Shown here: positions 16,787 to 21,708 of the stretch, one piece after another
How the letters are laid out: every line of letters begins with the position of its first letter
Numbering within the stretch: position 1 is the first letter of the stretch
Assembly (NCBI GenBank): GCA_039803205.1
Contig: JBDRYB010000028.1
Location: forward strand, 1 to 21,708
Direction of reading: 5' to 3'
Length of the DNA: 21,708 bases
Source of the DNA: a candidate division WOR-3 bacterium
GTDB lineage: Bacteria > Hydrothermota > Hydrothermia > JBDRYB01
Position numbers and translations under genes: made by a program
The notes under the pieces: generated by a model
Told to the model about the DNA's origin: nothing
The model's input: the letters and a program-made list of their open reading frames with translations, nothing else
Database searches by the model: none

Positions 16787-17746
16787 ATGTCAAAGGCGCT
16801 CGTTTTCGCAGAAGGAAGAGGAGAGACTCTGAAAGAGGCTTCCCTGGAGGCACTCGGCTTGGCATCGGGCCTCTCCACTGAGGTCGTTGCTCTGGGTATT
16901 GGCCCATACGCGGGCAAGCTGAGCGGTTTCGCGGACAGGGTTCTCTTGGTCAAAGACCCCAGGCTCTCTCATCCTTTGGCAATGCCCTGCGCGAGGGCTT
17001 TTGCCGAGGCATTCAAGAAAGAGGGCCCCGATCTCGCAATAATCTCAGCCACCCCGTTTGGAAAGGAGGTTGCTCCCCTCGCTGGGGCCATGTTGGGTCT
17101 TCCCCTCATGAGCGATATAACTGAGATAAAGAGGGATGGTTCCGCTTTCATCCTCACAAAGCCTCTTTACACGGGCAAGGTTATAGGAACATACAGGATT
17201 GAAACCCATCCGCTCCTATTCTCCGTGAGACCGAAATCTCATCCTGTCCCAGAACCTAAAAAGTCAACGACAACCGAGGAATTTTCCCCGCCCTTCCAGG
17301 ATGCTGATTTCACGGTTAGCCTCGTTGAGCTAGCGGAGAAGGAGGCAGGAGACATAGATGTTGCTGAGGCAGACATAATAATCACTGGCGGCAGGGGGAT
17401 GAAGGGTCCGGAGAACTTTGGGATGCTCAGAGAGCTCGCGAGCGTGCTCTCCGAGAAGACAGGTGCAAAGGTCGCCATCGGCGCTTCGCGCTCCGCTGTT
17501 GATGAGGGATGGATAGACCATTCCCACCAGGTAGGTCAGACCGGAAAGATAGTCTCCCCTGGGGTCTACTTCGCTGTCGGGGTCTCAGGCGCCATGCAAC
17601 ACCTCGCTGGAATGAGGAATTCAAAGATAATCATAGCGATCAACAAGGATCCGGACGCGCCTATATTCTCCGTTGCTGATTTCGGGGTTGTTGATGACCT
17701 GTTCAAGGTGGTTCCGGAGCTCATAAACCGGCTGAAGGCTGGCTGA
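16787..17746 (+). CDS. etfA: Electron transfer flavoprotein alpha subunit
   Basis: [48 protein letters not shown]. Confidence 0.96.
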   Translation: MSKALVFAEGRGETLKEASLEALGLASGLSTEVVALGIGPYAGKLSGFADRVLLVKDPRLSHPLAMPCARAFAEAFKKEGPDLAIISATPFGKEVAPLAGAMLGLPLMSDITEIKRDGSAFILTKPLYTGKVIGTYRIETHPLLFSVRPKSHPVPEPKKSTTTEEFSPPFQDADFTVSLVELAEKEAGDIDVAEADIIITGGRGMKGPENFGMLRELASVLSEKTGAKVAIGASRSAVDEGWIDHSHQVGQTGKIVSPGVYFAVGVSGAMQHLAGMRNSKIIIAINKDPDAPIFSVADFGVVDDLFKVVPELINRLKAG

Positions 17747-17747
17747 G

Positions 17748-18575
17748 ATGAGGTGCTCGGTTCCCCTCGCTTTTCTGTTCCTTTTGGCGTGCGGGAGGAA
17801 GGAGGATGTTATTCTCCTATCAGGAACGGTTGAGGTCAAGGAGGTCCGGGTCTCGCCTGAGATAGCTGGTAAGATAGAGAGGATGAACTTCCAGAAAGGG
17901 GATTCGGTTAGGGAGGGCGATGTCCTATTTAGCCTTGACACCTTCCTTCTCGCCAGGAACCTCGCTTCGGTCCAATCACAGTCCCAGGCCATGCTCTCGC
18001 AGGCCTCGGCTATCTCCGCGCAGATAGCCCAGCTTGATAAGGACATAAAGAGGGCAGAGGAGTTGTTCGGGGAAGGGGCAGTATCCCAGCAGGCCCTTGA
18101 GCAGATGAGGAGCACGAGGATGGCCCTTGTCCGGCAGAGGTCCGCTCTCCTTTCCCAGGCCCAGGCCTTGTCAGCTCAGGGTGAGATGACCATGGAGCAA
18201 GTGAAGAGGGCCGCTGAGGTTCGCTCGCCTATCTCAGGGGTTATTCTTGATAAAAGGGCTGAGCCCGGAGAAATGGTCCTCCCTGGCTCCGCGGTTTATC
18301 TCGTTGGGGTTCTTGACAGCCCATATGTTCGTGTCTACCTACCTGAAAAATACATAGGCAAGGTCAGGATTGGAACCCAAGCCAGGGTGAAGACGGATGC
18401 CTTTCCGGATGAGTTCAAGGGCAAGGTCGTTTTCATATCCCAGAAAGCGGAGTTCACCCCGAAAGAGATAATAACCCCAGAGGAGCGAACGACGAGGGTC
18501 TTTGAGCTTCATGTGCTTGTTGAAGGGGCAAGGCTTTACCCCGGCATGTATGCGGATGTCATCCTACAACCCTGA
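17748..18575 (+). CDS. HlyD/YbhG-like periplasmic adaptor, probable lipoprotein
   Basis: Lipobox [28 protein letters not shown], coiled coil, SPISG, AEFTPK. Confidence 0.88.
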   Translation: MRCSVPLAFLFLLACGRKEDVILLSGTVEVKEVRVSPEIAGKIERMNFQKGDSVREGDVLFSLDTFLLARNLASVQSQSQAMLSQASAISAQIAQLDKDIKRAEELFGEGAVSQQALEQMRSTRMALVRQRSALLSQAQALSAQGEMTMEQVKRAAEVRSPISGVILDKRAEPGEMVLPGSAVYLVGVLDSPYVRVYLPEKYIGKVRIGTQARVKTDAFPDEFKGKVVFISQKAEFTPKEIITPEERTTRVFELHVLVEGARLYPGMYADVILQP

Positions 18576-19407
18576 CCCACCAGCCCTCGTTTTGGATGGG
18601 GTTTGCAAGGACTTTGGGGATACTCGGGTTCTCAACAACATAAGCCTTTCAATAGACAGGGGCGTTATCGCTGGCCTCTTGGGGCCTGATGGCGCGGGAA
18701 AATCCACCCTTCTGGCCGTGGCGGCTGGGGTCCTGAGTCCAACCAGAGGGAACGCACTCATCTTTGGAAGGCCCCCTGCCGAGGCAAAGCGCCTTTTCGG
18801 TTATGTGCCGATGACCCAAGGCCTATACGATGACCTCAAGCCTACAGAGTACCTCTCGTATCTTGCTGATCTCTACGGGGTTGATAGGGCTAGAATTGAT
18901 GAGCTTTTGGAGATGGCAGGCCTTTCCGGGGTCAAGGCCAGGCTAATAGGCCAGCTATCCGGCGGGATGAGGCAAAAGCTGGCGCTCATATCAGGTTTTT
19001 TGCACGACCCAGGTTTGCTCCTCCTTGATGAACCAACGAGGGGAATAGATCCGGTTTTCCGGCAGGATGTTTGGTCAATGCTCTACAGGATGGCAGGGGA
19101 AGGCAGAGCTGTTTTGCTCACCACATCAAGCTACGAGGAGGCCGAGAGGCTCTCCGAGGTCTTCTTCATGGTCAGAGGGGAGATAAGGGTATCTGGCTCG
19201 CCAAAAGAGCTCAAAGAAGCGCTTTCGGGAAGGGTTTTTCTGGTAATAGGCGATGAGGCAAGGGTTTATGGGTCTCTGAGGGAAAGAGGCATAAGGGCAA
19301 GGATTTCTGGGGATGGGATCAGGTGCGTGGCTGAACCCTCTCAGCTTTCTGGCCTTGATTTCAAAGAGGCAGAGCCGAGCTTGGGGGATGTTTTTCTGGG
19401 GCTTTGA
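18550..19407 (+). CDS. ABC transporter ATP-binding protein (ABC-2/multidrug type)
   Basis: Walker A GPDGAGKST, signature LSGGMRQK, Walker B LLLLDEPT; start probably ATG 18550 or 18556. Confidence 0.92.
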   Translation: MRMSSYNPDPPALVLDGVCKDFGDTRVLNNISLSIDRGVIAGLLGPDGAGKSTLLAVAAGVLSPTRGNALIFGRPPAEAKRLFGYVPMTQGLYDDLKPTEYLSYLADLYGVDRARIDELLEMAGLSGVKARLIGQLSGGMRQKLALISGFLHDPGLLLLDEPTRGIDPVFRQDVWSMLYRMAGEGRAVLLTTSSYEEAERLSEVFFMVRGEIRVSGSPKELKEALSGRVFLVIGDEARVYGSLRERGIRARISGDGIRCVAEPSQLSGLDFKEAEPSLGDVFLGL

Positions 19408-19463
19408 GGCGGATTGCGGGCTCGTTCCGATGCCGCGAGCTTTTGATGCTGGCGAGATCGTAG
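19404..19463 (+). pseudogene. Probable N-terminal remnant of an ABC-2 permease
   Basis: TTG overlaps the ATPase stop (TTGA) and reads MRRIAGSFRCRELLMLARS*, resembling the MRRI...(K/R)E...R start of ABC-2 permeases. Confidence 0.4.
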
Positions 19464-19519
19464 AACTTGGGATTTCACGGGAAATTCGTGGGGAAGTTGT
19501 GGATCGTGAACTTCGTGTT

Positions 19520-21367
19520 CTAACGGACTATCAGGGTCGTTCTCTCGGTGAACCTTTCATCCCTGTAGATGGCAAAATAGACCCCTGGCTTAAATTGTGT
19601 TATCGGAAACCTGAGAGAGCCCGGCTCAGCATTGTCATTCAAGAGAACCGAAACAAGCCTTCCGGCTGGTTCGTAAATCGCAATGTATGCCTTTCTCGGG
19701 GTTGGAAGCTCAAGCACAAGGAACCGTCCCTCCTGTCTGAGCGCGAGCCTGGATGGCCCGGGTGTCGGCCCCTCTTCCGCCTTTTCGTAGAGGGGACAGA
19801 CGCTATATTTCACCCAGACCTCGCCTATGGTGGATATTTCAACCTTCTCCGTGTCTGGTCTGAACGCAAGCTTATACTGGAAATACTTGATGCACGGGGT
19901 TGAAAGAAGGGTTGAGTCATTAACACTCTTTGGCAACTGGATGGGCCCAAGCCAGGTCATCGTGGTGCACCCCTCCATCGTGTTGCCGTATCTCCAGTAG
20001 AGAAGCACGGATGTGTCGTTGGGAATGCAGGTTTCTGCACTCCAGCCAAAGTAGGAGATACAACCCCCGCTATCCGGATCCGGGTATAGTTGGAGCACGG
20101 AGGATACCAGCTCCCCCAGAGGTGGATACTGGAAAGCCATCCGGTTCTCAAATATAACATGTTCTCCCCTTCGGGTAGCAAGGATGTCTACATCTGGTGT
20201 GCAGGAGATCTGATCAAGATCATCCGGATAGACCCAGTGGGATTGCGCGAAGTTGTCTATGAAGTATTCCGTGAATGTCGGCCAAGGTTGGGGTGGTGGT
20301 TCCTGCCTGAAATATCCGATAAAATCGTGCGATCCCACGATGTCGGGCATTCCGTCCAGGTCCATGTCTCTGGCTATTGAGCCATCGGTGTATCCCGCGG
20401 AGCCAGCAGTGAGGTTGTAATGGATAAAGTTTATCCCATCCCCGGTGTTTATGAGTCCGCGGAAGTTCCACGCGAGGGCCTCCATGCCTATGGTTATGTC
20501 CAGAATGCCGTCGCCGTTTAGATCATTTAGCCACATCCCGTCGGCCTTGCCTCCCAGGTTATAGACCGCGTAATGAGTAAAGAATCCAGAGCCGTTGTTT
20601 ATGTAGGTGTGGACCCAGTTGTCCCCTGGGGTTCCGCTCGTGACCATGTCCAGATCGCCATCCTTGTCCAGGTCTCCTATTGCCAACCTCCAGATGTCGT
20701 CCGCTGAGCTGTAGACAAGCTCTTCCGCGAAAATGCCCGGCCCCTGGTTTCTGTAAAGATAAACTGCGCCGGGGTTGAACTGGAGGGCCACGATGTCCTT
20801 GTCCCCGTCGCCGTCCATATCACCAGAGAGGGCCCTGCAACGGGAACCGATACTTATTTGGCCAACTGTCCAAGCCAGGCCTCCACCGTCGTTCCTGCAG
20901 TAATAAAGCCCTCCGTTTCCCGTGGCAACGACCACATCGCCGTCTCCGTCGCCGTCAAAATCGTCTGCCCACACGCCGGAACGGTCGCTCATGGCCGGGA
21001 AGGTGTAGATGTCATGTTTGACGAAGACCCAGTTGTCGACGAACTCATACCACCTGGCGATCCTTCCGGAGTGGAGGAGCAGGTCCTTGTCCCCGTCGCC
21101 GTCAATGTCAAAAGCGGAAAATCCCTGGTAGTGAGCGTTTGGGCCGGGGTTGTTGTCTATGAGGCGCCTTACCCATCCGCCAGAGCCATACTGCCAGCCA
21201 ATGGCCATTAGGCTTATTATGCCGGGGTTGGCATAGGTAACATTCCAGGATGAATAAAAGGTATTTCCCCAGTTAAGGACTGGTCCTGCAACGCCCGGGC
21301 CGCCATACCAATCTCCTTGGACCCGGTAAATCTGGGTTAAAAGTAGCATCACCGAAATTCCATTCAT
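19520..21367 (-). CDS. Secreted FG-GAP/VCBS-repeat protein with beta-sandwich and T9SS-like C-terminal domain
   Basis: Seven DxDxDGxxD-type repeats (last one degenerate); C-terminus IAIYEPAGRLV..FKPGVYFA..TTLIVR; SD GGAGGT and consensus promoter. Confidence 0.85.
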   Translation of the reverse strand: MNGISVMLLLTQIYRVQGDWYGGPGVAGPVLNWGNTFYSSWNVTYANPGIISLMAIGWQYGSGGWVRRLIDNNPGPNAHYQGFSAFDIDGDGDKDLLLHSGRIARWYEFVDNWVFVKHDIYTFPAMSDRSGVWADDFDGDGDGDVVVATGNGGLYYCRNDGGGLAWTVGQISIGSRCRALSGDMDGDGDKDIVALQFNPGAVYLYRNQGPGIFAEELVYSSADDIWRLAIGDLDKDGDLDMVTSGTPGDNWVHTYINNGSGFFTHYAVYNLGGKADGMWLNDLNGDGILDITIGMEALAWNFRGLINTGDGINFIHYNLTAGSAGYTDGSIARDMDLDGMPDIVGSHDFIGYFRQEPPPQPWPTFTEYFIDNFAQSHWVYPDDLDQISCTPDVDILATRRGEHVIFENRMAFQYPPLGELVSSVLQLYPDPDSGGCISYFGWSAETCIPNDTSVLLYWRYGNTMEGCTTMTWLGPIQLPKSVNDSTLLSTPCIKYFQYKLAFRPDTEKVEISTIGEVWVKYSVCPLYEKAEEGPTPGPSRLALRQEGRFLVLELPTPRKAYIAIYEPAGRLVSVLLNDNAEPGSLRFPITQFKPGVYFAIYRDERFTERTTLIVR

Positions 21368-21391
21368 CTCAAACCTCCGTTTATCAGTGAT

Positions 21392-21420
21392 ATTATAATG
21401 TATCTGGAATGGATTGTCAA
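21392..21420 (-). promoter_or_regulatory. Perfect-consensus sigma70 promoter of the 21367 gene
   Basis: Minus strand TTGACA(21420-21415)-17 bp-TATAAT(21397-21392). Confidence 0.85.
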
Positions 21421-21582
21421 GACCCGCGTTCTCTGAGATCTCACACTTCCCTCCCCTCTAAAACCCTTATCCTGCAAGGCAAAGCTCTCAAACCCTTGGG
21501 GCCGTAGTGGCCCAGGGAGACCCTAATGGATGAAAATATAATCCCGGCCCCAAGAAGGAAGGGCCGGGAAAGGAGAAAAAAT

Positions 21583-21708
21583 ATGACCCTTTCTCCACAA
21601 GTATCAAGCAAGCTGAAACTCTGGCTCAAGTCCATGGGGGCCAAAGAGGGTCTCATCCTGGACAAGGTGCACCTCTGCATCATGAGGGCAATTGAGTATT
21701 CCCGCTCA
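21583..21708 (+). CDS. Hypothetical protein, 3'-truncated by the window (not in the ORF track)
   Basis: SD AAAGGAG about 7 nt before ATG 21583; open to the window end (MTLSPQVSSKLKLWLKSMGAKEGLILDKVHLCIMRAIEYSRS); TATAAT at 21537-21542. Confidence 0.55.
   Translation, partial: MTLSPQVSSKLKLWLKSMGAKEGLILDKVHLCIMRAIEYSRS

Noticed and set aside
19313..19903. 196-aa plus-strand ORF as the missing permease
   Set aside because: Not hydrophobic; overlaps the ATPase and is antisense to the FG-GAP CTD
14850..21120. Recurring GTCGCCGTC/CCGTCCCCGTC nucleotide repeats as CRISPR or DGR repeats
   Set aside because: They encode the DGDGD of FG-GAP repeats; no constant repeat-spacer period, no adenine-specific variant pair, no RT or cas genes
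21441..21683. 80-aa minus-strand ORF
   Set aside because: No recognisable features; the opposite-strand ORF at 21583 has a strong SD and -10. Not fully excluded because this frame is also open to the window edge.

Overview
Bacterial chromosomal window of moderate-to-high GC, probably an FCB-group lineage such as candidate WOR-3 (inferred only from the T9SS-like C-terminal domains). It opens with a 5'-truncated clan GH-A glycoside-hydrolase-like gene. Next is a ribosomal protein operon that starts unusually at rpsQ and ends at secY (rpsQ-rplN-rplX-rplE-rpsN-rpsH-rplF-rplR-rpsE-rpmD-rplO-secY). A DUF5362-like membrane protein, hutI, a stand-alone tRNA-Ile(GAT), manC and a tryptophanase/tyrosine phenol-lyase family enzyme with a non-standard specificity pocket follow. 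The rest holds four predicted secreted proteins sharing a divergent T9SS-like C-terminal domain (one Asp-box propeller, one 5'-disrupted gene, two FG-GAP propellers), etfBA, a HlyD adaptor plus ABC ATPase whose permease appears reduced to a 19-codon remnant, and the 5' end of an unknown gene. No mobile element, CRISPR array or rRNA was seen. Best leads: the CTD-bearing secretome with ultrashort signal peptides and a shared promoter motif, the hybrid beta-eliminating lyase, and the relocated, apparently leaderless rpsQ-headed operon.
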